Translations under genes and position numbers: made by a program
NCBI RefSeq assembly: GCF_000025925.1
Contig: NC_014033.1
Coordinates: forward strand, 780,001 to 812,000
Length of the DNA stretch: 32,000 nt
Direction: 5' to 3'
DNA from: Xylanibacter ruminicola 23
GTDB taxonomy: Bacteria; Bacteroidota; Bacteroidia; Bacteroidales; Bacteroidaceae
In this document: positions 6,245 through 14,690 of the stretch, piece by piece
Layout: every line of letters begins with the position of its first letter
Numbering within the stretch: position 1 is the stretch's first letter
The notes under the pieces: generated by a model
Database searches by the model: none
Told to the model about the DNA's origin: nothing
Seen by the model: only the letters and a program-made list of their open reading frames with translations

Positions 6245-6383
6245 CAAAAAGGGGAATGAGCATCGCTGCTGATTCCTCTGTGATAATTATAACTAATAAA
6301 ACCCAATTCTTTCTCGCATCACTGCGAAAATAGAATGAACATAATCATTAAAATGAATTTCATAATCATTCATTTAACAATCA
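6245..6383 (-). ncRNA. Candidate ~135-nt minus-strand small transcript (may encode a 26-aa peptide, 6293-6373)
   Basis: The promoter at 6390-6421 (minus strand) is paired with a terminator, the repeat hairpin 6279-6253 plus a T-run. The internal ORF is MNDYEIHFNDYVHSIFAVMRERIGFY. Both the promoter and the 3-prime end are homologous to the unit at 423-529. Confidence 0.35.
6253..6279. repeat. Right copy of the perfect 27-bp direct repeat / terminator hairpin
   Basis: Identical to 431-457. Degenerate similarity extends on both sides (CAAAAAG.GGAATGA upstream, TGAT(A)ATTATA downstream). On the minus strand it is followed by CCTTTTTGTTT. Confidence 0.95.
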
Positions 6384-6389
6384 ACGTGG

Positions 6390-6421
6390 CAAAGGTAATA
6401 AGAATTTGGAAAACGACCAAA
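6390..6421 (-). promoter_or_regulatory. Minus-strand promoter (-33 TTTG / 20 nt / -7 TACCTTTG)
   Basis: Reverse complement reads TTTGgtcgttttccaaattcttatTACCTTTGccacg. Confidence 0.5.
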
Positions 6422-6448
6422 AAAAACGCCAGTAAAAAATTACTGGCG
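6419..6448 (-). terminator. Intrinsic terminator of the 6440-6859 gene
   Basis: CGCCAGTA (6427-6434) / TACTGGCG (6441-6448) form a hairpin overlapping the stop codon. It is followed on the minus strand by T8. Confidence 0.8.
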
Positions 6449-6859
6449 GCGGAATTCGATGGTCTTGGGCAGTTTTTGCCATTTACCTTTGAAGGGCACC
6501 TTGAGGGCGCTACCTGATTCTTGCTTGAGGATGAATACTGAATCGCCCTTGGCGGTGAGGGTGGCGGTGAGATCCTCGCTGCCGTAATCGTTGATCATCT
6601 GCAGCGTGGCCTTGTGGCCCTTTACCTCGGCATCGGTGATGACCCAGGCAAACGAGTTGAAACGCTTACTGAGATAGCCGGGTACCTGGCCAAACAAATC
6701 CTGCCCGGGAACGGTAACATCTTGTTGGTAAAAATTAATACGCATCACAATATCAAGTTCCTTATTTATAAGGTACGCGCGAAAGGGGCCTTGGGTGTTC
6801 TGCGCACTGGCCGTAATACTGGCCAAACACAGCAGGGCTGAAACTATTAACTTGTTCAT
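6440..6859 (-). CDS. Secreted hypothetical protein (signal peptide)
   Basis: 139 aa ORF with the N-terminus MNKLIVSALLCLASITASAQ, typical of a Sec signal. A -7 box TATCTTTG lies at 6889-6896 (minus strand). GC content and codon usage look like the core genome. Confidence 0.7.
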   Translation of the reverse strand: MNKLIVSALLCLASITASAQNTQGPFRAYLINKELDIVMRINFYQQDVTVPGQDLFGQVPGYLSKRFNSFAWVITDAEVKGHKATLQMINDYGSEDLTATLTAKGDSVFILKQESGSALKVPFKGKWQKLPKTIEFRRQ

Positions 6860-6888
6860 ATTACAACACTTATACGTTTTTTAGACCG

Positions 6889-6896
6889 CAAAGATA
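6889..6896 (-). promoter_or_regulatory. -7 promoter box (TATCTTTG)
   Basis: Reverse complement reads TATCTTTGCGGTC, 30 nt upstream of the ATG at 6859. Confidence 0.55.
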
Positions 6897-6971
6897 CTAA
6901 TCTATATCATCTTTTAAACGTTTACGCCGAAAAAAATAACAAAAAGATTGGTGATTTAATAATTTTTTAAT

Positions 6972-6979
6972 TATCTTTG
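6972..6979 (+). promoter_or_regulatory. -7 promoter box (TATCTTTG) for glycogen synthase
   Basis: TATCTTTGCGCCAAA lies 22 nt upstream of the ATG at 7001. Confidence 0.6.
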
Positions 6980-7000
6980 CGCCAAATTAGTTAGTATAAC

Positions 7001-8713
7001 ATGGCAAAGGAACGATTTACACCTGATTTTATTTTTGAGTCGAGTTGGGAGGTTTGCAACAAGGTGGGCGGTATCTATACCGTACTTTCGACACGTGCTA
7101 AAACTTTGCAACAGGTTCTGAAAGACAAAATCATATTTATTGGTCCTGATTTCTGGAAAGAGCAGGAGAGTCCTTACTTTAGGGAGGCCAACAGCTTGCT
7201 GGCCGAGTGGCAGTGGGCTGCGAAAGAGCAGGGCCTGAAGGTTAGGGTGGGCCGATGGACTGTGCCTGGTGAACCAATCGCTATTCTGGTTGATTTTAAT
7301 CCGTATTTTGAGAAGAAAAACGAAATATATGGCTGGTTGTGGGAACACTACCAGGTGGATTCGTTGCATGCCTATGGCGACTATGATGAGGCATCGATGT
7401 TCTCGTATGCAGCAGCTCTCGTAGTAGAGAGTTTCTACAAGCACAGCCTGAAGCCCGAACAGAAGGTGATATACCACGCTAACGAGTGGATGTGCGGACT
7501 GGGACTGCTCTACCTGAACAACAAGCTGCCACAGATTGGTACGGTGTTTACGACCCATGCTACGAGCATTGGCCGATCGATTGCGGGTAACCAGAAGCCG
7601 CTGTACGACTACCTGTTTGCCTATAACGGCGACCAGATGGCGGGCGAGCTGAACATGCAGAGCAAACACAGTATTGAGAAGCAGACTGCCCACTATGCCG
7701 ACTGCTTTACCACAGTGAGCGACATTACGGCTAAGGAGTGCGTGGAGCTGCTGGATAAGCCGGTGGACGTGGTGCTTCCAAATGGTTTTGATAATAGTTT
7801 TGTGCCCGCCACAGCGCAGGCTTTTGCCCGCAAGCGTAAGGCCGCGCGCAAAAAAATGCTGCAGGTGGCTAATGCACTGCTGGGCGAGGAACTGGACGAC
7901 GACACGCTGCTGATTTCGACTTCGGGACGATACGAGTTCCGCAATAAGGGTATCGACGTGTTTGTTGAGGCTATGAACCGACTGCTGCGCGACCGCGACC
8001 TGAAAAAGAAGGTGGTGGCATTTATCGAGGTGCCCGGTTGGGTAGGAGAGCCACGCAAAGACTTACAAGAGAGACTTGCTACATTAAACATTAAACATGA
8101 AACATTAAACATTAAGCAAGCCACCAACAGCGAACAGCCATCATTTAACACTCCTCTTGAGGTGCCGATGGTGACGCACTGGCTGCACAACATGAGTCAC
8201 GACAACGTGCTGAGCATGCTGAAATACTACGATATGCACAACCGTAAGGATGAGAACGTGAAGGTGATTTTCCTGCCTTGCTATCTGGACGGTAATGATG
8301 GTATCGTGAACATGACCTACTACGATGTGGTGCTGGGCAACGACCTGTGCATCTACCCATCGTACTACGAGCCCTGGGGTTACACCCCACTTGAGGCAAT
8401 AGCCTTTAAGGTGCCTTGTATCACTACCGACCTGGCTGGATTCGGACTGTGGGCCAACACGGTGTTCGGTCACGACGGACAGCTGGAGGATGGTGTGAAG
8501 GTGATTCACCGCACGGATTACAACTATAGCGAAGTGGCCGATAATATCAAAGATACGGTGGCTGAGTTCTCGAACATGACTAAAAAGCAGATTGAGACTT
8601 GCCGCAAGAATGCTGAAGCCCTCTCGGAGAAGGCTCTCTGGACTCACTTTATCGAGTACTACTACGAAGCGTATGATATCGCGCTGCGCAAGGCGCAAAT
8701 GCGAGTACATTAA
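7001..8713 (+). CDS. Glycogen synthase, GT3 (eukaryote-like) family
   Basis: 570 aa ORF. The N-terminus FESSWEVCNKVGGIYTVLSTRA matches the conserved GT3 glycogen synthase start (SWEV.NKVGGIYTV). It is adjacent to an alpha-glucan phosphorylase. Confidence 0.9.
   Translation: MAKERFTPDFIFESSWEVCNKVGGIYTVLSTRAKTLQQVLKDKIIFIGPDFWKEQESPYFREANSLLAEWQWAAKEQGLKVRVGRWTVPGEPIAILVDFNPYFEKKNEIYGWLWEHYQVDSLHAYGDYDEASMFSYAAALVVESFYKHSLKPEQKVIYHANEWMCGLGLLYLNNKLPQIGTVFTTHATSIGRSIAGNQKPLYDYLFAYNGDQMAGELNMQSKHSIEKQTAHYADCFTTVSDITAKECVELLDKPVDVVLPNGFDNSFVPATAQAFARKRKAARKKMLQVANALLGEELDDDTLLISTSGRYEFRNKGIDVFVEAMNRLLRDRDLKKKVVAFIEVPGWVGEPRKDLQERLATLNIKHETLNIKQATNSEQPSFNTPLEVPMVTHWLHNMSHDNVLSMLKYYDMHNRKDENVKVIFLPCYLDGNDGIVNMTYYDVVLGNDLCIYPSYYEPWGYTPLEAIAFKVPCITTDLAGFGLWANTVFGHDGQLEDGVKVIHRTDYNYSEVADNIKDTVAEFSNMTKKQIETCRKNAEALSEKALWTHFIEYYYEAYDIALRKAQMRVH
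8081..8115. repeat. Five tandem heptamers (ACATTAA x2, ACATGAA, ACATTAA x2) in frame inside the glycogen synthase CDS
   Basis: Translated as TLNIKHETLNIK. 26 nt (8090-8115) are identical to the intergenic 14658-14683. Confidence 0.9.
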
Positions 8714-8741
8714 ACATTAAACATTAATGATTAAACATTAA
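8707..8741. repeat. Five tandem heptamers (ACATTAA x3, TGATTAA, ACATTAA) starting at the glycogen synthase stop codon
   Basis: Read directly from the sequence. The 7-nt period places TAA in all three frames. Confidence 0.9.
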
Positions 8742-8786
8742 TTGTTAGAAAATTAAAGAAGAATTCAAATAAAAATTTGAGAGATT

Positions 8787-11366
8787 ATGAAAATTAAAGC
8801 TGATTATGCAAATGCTCCAATGTGGAAGGATTTGACCGTGAAGTCGAGTCTTCCTGAAGAACTGAAGTGTTTGGACGAGATTGCCCACAACATGTGGTGG
8901 GTATGGAACTACGAGGCTCGCGACTTGTTCCGCGACCTGGACCCTGAGCTTTATCATGAGGTAAAACACAACCCAGTTATGCTGCTTGAGCGACTGAGTT
9001 TTGCCCGTAAAGAGCAAATTGTAAAGGATAAGGCGCTGATGAAGCGCATTAAGAGCGTTTACACCTTGTTCCGTAAGTATATCGACGTTGAACCCGACAA
9101 GAAGCGCCCATCGGTGGCTTACTTCTGTATGGAGTACGGTATCCACTCTGCCCTGAAGATTTATTCGGGTGGTCTGGGTATGCTGGCCGGTGACTACGTG
9201 AAGGAGGCTTCTGACTCTAATGTTGATATGTGTGCCGTTGGTTTCCTGTACCGTTTTGGTTACTTTACACAGAGCCTCTCGATGGAGGGACAGCAGGTGG
9301 CCAACTACGAGGCACAGAACTTTAGCAACCTGCCTATCGAGCGGCAGCTTGACAAGGATGGTAGCCCCATGGTGATTGATGTGCCTTACACCAACTACCA
9401 GGTTCATGCTTATGTTTGGCGTGTAAACGTGGGTCGTGTAAAGCTGTACCTGCTGGATACTGATAACGAGATGAACTCGGAGTTTGACAAGCCTATCACC
9501 CACAGCCTGTATGGTGGCGACTGGGAGAACCGCTTGAAGCAGGAGATTCTGCTGGGTATCGGTGGTATGCTGCTGCTGAAGAAGCTGGGCATTAAGAAGG
9601 ATATCTACCACTGTAACGAGGGACACGCTGCCCTGTGTAACCTGCAGCGCCTGTGCGACTATATCGACGAGGGTCTGACATTTAACCAGGCTCTGGAGCT
9701 GGTTCGTGCCAGCGGTCTTTACACCGTTCACACACCAGTACCTGCCGGTCACGACTACTTCGACGAGGGTCTGTTTGGCAAGTACATGGGCGGTTACCCA
9801 CAGAAGCTGGGTATCTCGTGGGACGAGTTCATCGGCATGGGTCGTATCAATCCTAACGACCACAGCGAGCGTTTCTGCATGAGTACATTTGCCTGCAACA
9901 CCTGTCAGGAGGTTAACGGTGTATCAATGCTGCACGGCTGGGTAAGCCAGAAGATGTTTGCACCTATCTGGGCCGGCTACTATCCCGAGGAGAACCACGT
10001 AGGTTATGTTACCAACGGTGTTCACTTCCCCACATGGTGTGCTACCGAGTGGCGTAAGGTGTATGCCAAGTACTTTGATGCTAAGCACATGAGTGACCAG
10101 AGCAACGAGGAAATCTGGCACGGCATCTACAACTGTCCTGATGAGGAGGTTTGGGCCACACGTATGGCACTGAAGAACAAGCTGTTTGACTATATCAAGG
10201 AGCAGTTCCGCGAGAAGTGGCTGAAGAACCAGGGCGATCCTTCGCGTGTGGTTTCACTGCTCGAGGGTATGAATCCTAACGCACTGGTAATCGGTTTCTG
10301 CCGCCGCTTTGCTACTTACAAGCGTGCACACCTGCTGTTTACCAACCTGGAGCGCTTGAGCAAGATTGTGAACGATCCTGAGCACCCAGTAATCTTCCTG
10401 TTTGCTGGTAAGGCTCACCCAGCTGATGGTGCCGGTCAGGGCTTGATCCAGCGCATCTACGAGATTTCGCAGCGCGACGAGTTCCTGGGCAAGATCATCT
10501 TCCTGGAGGACTACGACTTCCTGCTGGCCCGCCGCTTGGTATCGGGTGTAGATATCTGGATGAACACTCCTACACGTCCGCTGGAGGCATCGGGTACATC
10601 GGGCGAGAAGGCCGAGATGAACGGTGTAGTAAACCTCTCAGTAAAAGACGGTTGGTGGCTTGAGGGCTATCGCGAGGGTGCCGGTTGGGCTCTTACCGAG
10701 AAGCGTACCTACCAGAACCAGGGCTACCAGGACAACCTGGATGCTGCTACCATCTACCACCTGCTGGAGAACGAGATTATCCCATTGTACTACGATAAGG
10801 ATAAGAAGACTGGCCTGTCGAAGGGTTGGGTGAAGGTAATCAAGAACTCGATTGCTCAGATTGCTCCTCACTACACCATGAAGCGACAGCTTGACGACTA
10901 CTACGAGAAGTTCTACAACAAGCAGGCTAAGCGCTTTAAGGCTCTGAGCAAGGACAACAACAAGCTGGCCAAGGAACTGGCTCAGTGGAAGGAGACCGTA
11001 GCTGAGCGCTGGGATGCCATCCACGTGGTTAGCGCCGAGTGGGATTATCCTGCTGCCGGTATCGAGACTGCACAGAAGTACACCATCCGCTACGTGATTG
11101 ACGAGCAGGGACTGGAGGATGCTGTAGCACTCGAGAAGGTGAACGTACATATTAATAAGGAGGGCGAGGAGCGTATCTTCTCGATCGAGCCACTGAAGAT
11201 GGTGGGCCACGAGGGTAACAACTATATCTTTGAGGCTACACTGGCTCCACAGCAGGCTGGACAGTTCAAGAGCGCCATCCGTATGTATCCTAAGCATAAG
11301 GAGCTGCCTCACCGTCAGGACTTCTGCTACATTAAGTGGCTGGAGCTGCCTGCACACACCGTGTAA
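8787..11366 (+). CDS. glgP: Alpha-glucan (glycogen/maltodextrin) phosphorylase, GT35
   Basis: 859 aa ORF. It has the PLP-lysine region [25 protein letters not shown] and the long N-terminal region typical of the alpha-glucan family phosphorylases of Bacteroidetes. Confidence 0.92.
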   Translation: MKIKADYANAPMWKDLTVKSSLPEELKCLDEIAHNMWWVWNYEARDLFRDLDPELYHEVKHNPVMLLERLSFARKEQIVKDKALMKRIKSVYTLFRKYIDVEPDKKRPSVAYFCMEYGIHSALKIYSGGLGMLAGDYVKEASDSNVDMCAVGFLYRFGYFTQSLSMEGQQVANYEAQNFSNLPIERQLDKDGSPMVIDVPYTNYQVHAYVWRVNVGRVKLYLLDTDNEMNSEFDKPITHSLYGGDWENRLKQEILLGIGGMLLLKKLGIKKDIYHCNEGHAALCNLQRLCDYIDEGLTFNQALELVRASGLYTVHTPVPAGHDYFDEGLFGKYMGGYPQKLGISWDEFIGMGRINPNDHSERFCMSTFACNTCQEVNGVSMLHGWVSQKMFAPIWAGYYPEENHVGYVTNGVHFPTWCATEWRKVYAKYFDAKHMSDQSNEEIWHGIYNCPDEEVWATRMALKNKLFDYIKEQFREKWLKNQGDPSRVVSLLEGMNPNALVIGFCRRFATYKRAHLLFTNLERLSKIVNDPEHPVIFLFAGKAHPADGAGQGLIQRIYEISQRDEFLGKIIFLEDYDFLLARRLVSGVDIWMNTPTRPLEASGTSGEKAEMNGVVNLSVKDGWWLEGYREGAGWALTEKRTYQNQGYQDNLDAATIYHLLENEIIPLYYDKDKKTGLSKGWVKVIKNSIAQIAPHYTMKRQLDDYYEKFYNKQAKRFKALSKDNNKLAKELAQWKETVAERWDAIHVVSAEWDYPAAGIETAQKYTIRYVIDEQGLEDAVALEKVNVHINKEGEERIFSIEPLKMVGHEGNNYIFEATLAPQQAGQFKSAIRMYPKHKELPHRQDFCYIKWLELPAHTV

Positions 11367-11384
11367 TTACATTGGTACAAGCAT

Positions 11385-11424
11385 AAAAAAGAACCCGGGT
11401 TCAATCTCTGAACTCGGGTTTTTT
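11385..11424. terminator. Bidirectional intrinsic terminator between glgP and the convergent lipoprotein gene
   Basis: AACCCGGGTTC (11392-11402) / GAACTCGGGTT (11410-11420) form the stem. An A-run lies upstream and a T-run downstream. It overlaps the last codons of the minus-strand gene. Confidence 0.75.
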
Positions 11425-11973
11425 ATAATTCTGGATGATGTATCGTCCTAAAACGTTTTGCCGGTTACGCTGGCCGGTTTGAGTGATGCAATCGCTGATG
11501 CGGCGGTGCAGACTGTCTACCTGCTGCTGCAACTGCTGGCGATGGGCGGCGTTGGTACGGGTGGAGAGCTGGGCCAGGCGGATAAGCTGGGTGCCAAGCT
11601 TCTGCACGGTATCGTTAAGGGCCTGCCACTGATTGTTGAGCTGGGTACCCGACACACGCGATGGGCGGGGGTGCTGGTTGAGCTCGATGGTGATTTCGCC
11701 AGGTTCGAGGAAGAAGCTGCAGCTGGTGAGCTGCTGGCGGTTGAGATAGGCACGGCAGAACAGCGTGGTATCGGTGGTGCCGGCAAACTTAAAGGTGCCG
11801 CCGCTAACGATGGCCTGGCCAAGAACCTTTTGTGGCGGGTCTTCGAATGCCAGGGTTACGGTGTCGCCATCCTTCAGCTGGGTAGCGCAACCCTTAATCT
11901 GATAAACATCAGACTGGCAGGCGCAAAGCATGAAGCTTGCAACTGCCAGTCCGATAAAACTTTTATTTGTCAT
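11401..11973 (-). CDS. DUF4369-like lipoprotein (no thioredoxin domain attached)
   Basis: 190 aa ORF with a lipoprotein signal, FIGLAVASFMLCAC. The beta-rich N-terminal region (IKGCATQLKDGDTVTL...GGTFKFAG) resembles the DUF4369 domain that normally precedes TlpA-like thioredoxins. Its start overlaps the prs stop (TAATG). Confidence 0.6.
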   Translation of the reverse strand: MTNKSFIGLAVASFMLCACQSDVYQIKGCATQLKDGDTVTLAFEDPPQKVLGQAIVSGGTFKFAGTTDTTLFCRAYLNRQQLTSCSFFLEPGEITIELNQHPRPSRVSGTQLNNQWQALNDTVQKLGTQLIRLAQLSTRTNAAHRQQLQQQVDSLHRRISDCITQTGQRNRQNVLGRYIIQNYKKPEFRD

Positions 11974-12911
11974 TATACAATGTACAAATCGCTGATGCTC
12001 TTGTTGTCGATTACACGCTGGATGGCCTCGGCAAACATCTCGGCTACACTGAGCTGCTTAATCTTAGCACAACGCTGGGTGTAAGGAATAGAGTCGGTGA
12101 ATACAATCTCCTCGAGGGCCGAAGCCTGTACACGATCGCTGGCAGGACCACTCATCACACAGTGGCTGGCGCAAGCGCGAACAGTGAGTGCACCGTTCTC
12201 CTTCATCAGGTCGGCTGCCTTGGTAATGGTACCGGCAGTATCAACCATATCGTCGATAATCACTACGTTCTTACCTGCTACATCACCAATAATCTGCATA
12301 GATGCTACCACGTTGGCGCGGGCACGAGTCTTGTTACACAATACCAGTGGGCAGCCCAGGTACTTGGCGTAGGTGCTGGCACGCTTTGAACCACCAACAT
12401 CGGGTGATGCGATTACCAGCTCGTCGAGCTTAAGCGACTGCAGGTAGGGCAGAATAACGTTTGATGCATACAGATGATCGACAGGAACATCGAAGAAACC
12501 CTGAATCTGGTCGGCGTGCAGGTCCATGGTGATCACACGGTTAACACCAGCAGCGCTGAGCAGATCGGCCACCAGCTTGGCACCGATGCTTACACGGGGC
12601 TTATCCTTACGGTCCTGGCGGGCCCATCCGAAGTAGGGGATAACGGCATTGATGGTACGGGCCGAAGCGCGCTTGGCTGCATCAATCATCAGCAGCAACT
12701 CCATCAAATTGTCGGAACTGGGGAAGGTGCTTTGAACCAGGAAGATGTCGCGACCGCGGATACTTTCCTCGTACGAAACAGCAAACTCTCCATCAGAGAA
12801 TTTGGTGATTTGTAACTTACCTAACGGGCAACCAAGACTTTGACAGATTCTTTCTGCCAGGTATCTCGTGGCTGTTCCTGAGAATACCAAAAAGGAGCTC
12901 TTATCACTCAT
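11973..12911 (-). CDS. prs: Ribose-phosphate pyrophosphokinase
   Basis: 312 aa ORF with DLHADQIQGFFDVPVDHL and the PRPP-binding loop VVIIDDMVDTAGT. Confidence 0.95.
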   Translation of the reverse strand: MSDKSSFLVFSGTATRYLAERICQSLGCPLGKLQITKFSDGEFAVSYEESIRGRDIFLVQSTFPSSDNLMELLLMIDAAKRASARTINAVIPYFGWARQDRKDKPRVSIGAKLVADLLSAAGVNRVITMDLHADQIQGFFDVPVDHLYASNVILPYLQSLKLDELVIASPDVGGSKRASTYAKYLGCPLVLCNKTRARANVVASMQIIGDVAGKNVVIIDDMVDTAGTITKAADLMKENGALTVRACASHCVMSGPASDRVQASALEEIVFTDSIPYTQRCAKIKQLSVAEMFAEAIQRVIDNKSISDLYIV

Positions 12912-12953
12912 TGTTAATACCTATTTATATTTTTATATTAGTACTTTAGCATG

Positions 12954-13571
12954 CTAATCAATCGTTTTTCGCAGTTTTTCGAAGTGGTTAAGTAAGGCCT
13001 TGTAGTCGATCTCGTTGTGGATGTTGAAGCGGTTCCATAGGTCGCCGCATATCACCATGCCACCAAAGCCTAAATCCTTAATCTCCTTCACGCGGTCGAG
13101 ATTCATTCCTCCTAAGGCGTAAACCTTCTTGTCTATCAGGCCCTGCTTGGAGGCTGCGCGTAACTCGTCCATCGTAAACGACTGCTTCTCGTCGGCATTG
13201 GTCTGACTGTCGAAAATAGAGTGTAGGAAAACATAGTTCGACTTTTTCTTTGTTTCCTTGAGTTCGCTGATAGCGTGGCACGTGCGGCTGATGTTGCCCT
13301 TATAGCCAACGGGAGCCTCGGTGAACGCATCGTCGATATGTATACCGCGCAGGCGATACTCCTCTTTTAAATAGAAGTGGCCGTGAACGGTTATGCGGTT
13401 GTGATAGTCGTCGCCAAGCAGAGTCAGTAAGCGCTCAGAATACATGGGCGAAGCACCTGGTTTGTACAGGTGCAGATTATCCAATCCCTCCTCGAAGAGG
13501 TTCACAAGTATCTTGTCCTCTTCGACGAAGAATGTGGGTTTCGTCATTACAATAAGCTTCATTTTTGCCAT
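12954..13571 (-). CDS. Thiamine phosphate synthase family (ThiE/TenI-like) protein
   Basis: MKLIVMTKPTFFVEEDKILVNLFEEGLDNLHLYKP... resembles the ~200-aa Bacteroidetes TMP-synthase-like family. The start is trimmed from 13592 because the -7 box (13590-13597) overlaps that ATG. An alternative start lies at 13562. Confidence 0.65.
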   Translation of the reverse strand: MAKMKLIVMTKPTFFVEEDKILVNLFEEGLDNLHLYKPGASPMYSERLLTLLGDDYHNRITVHGHFYLKEEYRLRGIHIDDAFTEAPVGYKGNISRTCHAISELKETKKKSNYVFLHSIFDSQTNADEKQSFTMDELRAASKQGLIDKKVYALGGMNLDRVKEIKDLGFGGMVICGDLWNRFNIHNEIDYKALLNHFEKLRKTID

Positions 13572-13589
13572 CTGTTCTCTTTCTAAGTG

Positions 13590-13597
13590 CAAAATTA
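13590..13597 (-). promoter_or_regulatory. -7 promoter box (TAATTTTG)
   Basis: Reverse complement reads TAATTTTGCACTT, upstream of the ATG at 13571. Confidence 0.55.
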
Positions 13598-13671
13598 CAC
13601 AGATTTTTCGATATTATCACCACTTTCGGCAAAAAAATAGTCATTAGGGTGCATTTTTCAGAAAGTTTTAG

Positions 13672-13679
13672 TAATTTTG
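13672..13679 (+). promoter_or_regulatory. -7 promoter box (TAATTTTG) for fabD
   Basis: TAATTTTGCATCC lies about 87 nt upstream of the ATG at 13766. Confidence 0.5.
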
Positions 13680-13765
13680 CATCCTGAAAAGAGCAAAAGG
13701 AGGAAAAAAGGAGGAGTTTTAGATAGTGAAATAGTAAAATTGTAAAATAGTAAAATTAAAGAAAG

Positions 13766-14656
13766 ATGAAAGCATTTGTTTTTCCCGGACAGGGAGCACA
13801 GTTTGTAGGAATGGGTAAGGATCTGTATGATACCAACCCCCTGGCAAAGGAACTTTTTGAGAAGGCTAACGAGATTCTTGGCTATCGTATTACCGATATT
13901 ATGTTTGCTGGTACCGACGAGGAGCTGAAGCAGACTAAGGTTACACAGCCTGCCGTTTTCCTTCACAGCGTTATCTCGGCACTCTGCATGGGCGACGCTT
14001 TCGATCCTAAGATGGCTGCTGGTCACTCACTGGGTGAGTTCTCGGCTCTTACAGCTGCTGGTGCCCTGAGTTTTGAGGATGGCTTGAAGCTGGTTTACGC
14101 TCGTGCTATGGCTATGCAGAAGGCTTGCGAGGCTCAGCCCTCAACTATGGCTGCTATCATTGCTCTGCCCGATGAGACTGTAGAGCAGGTTTGCGCCGAG
14201 GTTAGCAAGCTGGGTAAGGGTGTAGTAGTAGCCGCTAACTATAACTGTCCTGGACAGCTGGTTATCAGCGGTAACGTTGAGGCTATCGAGGAGGCTTGCG
14301 AGCGCTTGAAGGCTGCTGGTGCTAAGCGTGCACTGGTGCTGAAGGTAGGTGGTGCTTTCCACTCGCCACTGATGCAGCCTGCTAAGGACGAGCTGCAGGC
14401 AGCTATCGAGGCTACTGAGATTAAGACTCCAAAGTGCCCCGTTTACCAGAACGTAGATGCTAAGCCTCATACCGATCCTGCTGAGATCAAGGCTAACCTG
14501 ATTGCTCAGCTCACAAGCTCGGTTCGCTGGACTCAGAGCGTACAGAACATGATTGCCGATGGTGCCGACGACTTTACAGAGTGCGGTCCTGGTAAGGCCC
14601 TGCAGGGTATGATCGTTAAGATCAACAAAGAGGTCAATGCACACGGTATTGAGTAA
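13766..14656 (+). CDS. fabD: Malonyl-CoA:ACP transacylase
   Basis: 296 aa ORF starting FPGQGAQFVGMG, with the active-site GHSLGEFSAL and GAFHSPLM. Confidence 0.95.
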   Translation: MKAFVFPGQGAQFVGMGKDLYDTNPLAKELFEKANEILGYRITDIMFAGTDEELKQTKVTQPAVFLHSVISALCMGDAFDPKMAAGHSLGEFSALTAAGALSFEDGLKLVYARAMAMQKACEAQPSTMAAIIALPDETVEQVCAEVSKLGKGVVVAANYNCPGQLVISGNVEAIEEACERLKAAGAKRALVLKVGGAFHSPLMQPAKDELQAAIEATEIKTPKCPVYQNVDAKPHTDPAEIKANLIAQLTSSVRWTQSVQNMIADGADDFTECGPGKALQGMIVKINKEVNAHGIE

Positions 14657-14690
14657 GATTAAACATGAAACATTAAACATTAATGATGAA
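14656..14690. repeat. Five tandem heptamers (AGATTAA ACATGAA ACATTAA ACATTAA TGATGAA) filling the fabD-amylase spacer
   Basis: Read directly from the sequence. The amylase ATG (14683) lies inside the array. Confidence 0.9.

Noticed and set aside
431-6279. Calling the island a mobile element (ICE/IME/transposon/prophage)
   Set aside because: I can recognise no integrase, transposase, relaxase, conjugation or phage structural genes. Only the direct repeat and the composition suggest mobility, so it is reported as a finding rather than annotated as a mobile_element.
6335-6517. 60-aa plus-strand ORF
   Set aside because: It overlaps a terminator, a promoter and the 3-prime end of the convergent secreted-protein gene. 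It is a low-complexity AT-rich translation.
6971-11357. Long antisense ORFs inside glycogen synthase and phosphorylase (6971-7693, 7693-8193, 8141-8710, 8745-9863, 10638-11357, all minus strand)
   Set aside because: These are shadow ORFs opposite well-supported genes. Their translations are low-complexity (V/L/H/Q-rich) with no motifs.
11458-12389. Plus-strand ORFs 11458-12084 and 11967-12389 (208 and 140 aa), and minus-strand 11517-11822
   Set aside because: They are antisense to or overlapping prs and the DUF4369-like gene, both of which have clear motifs. These are shadow ORFs.
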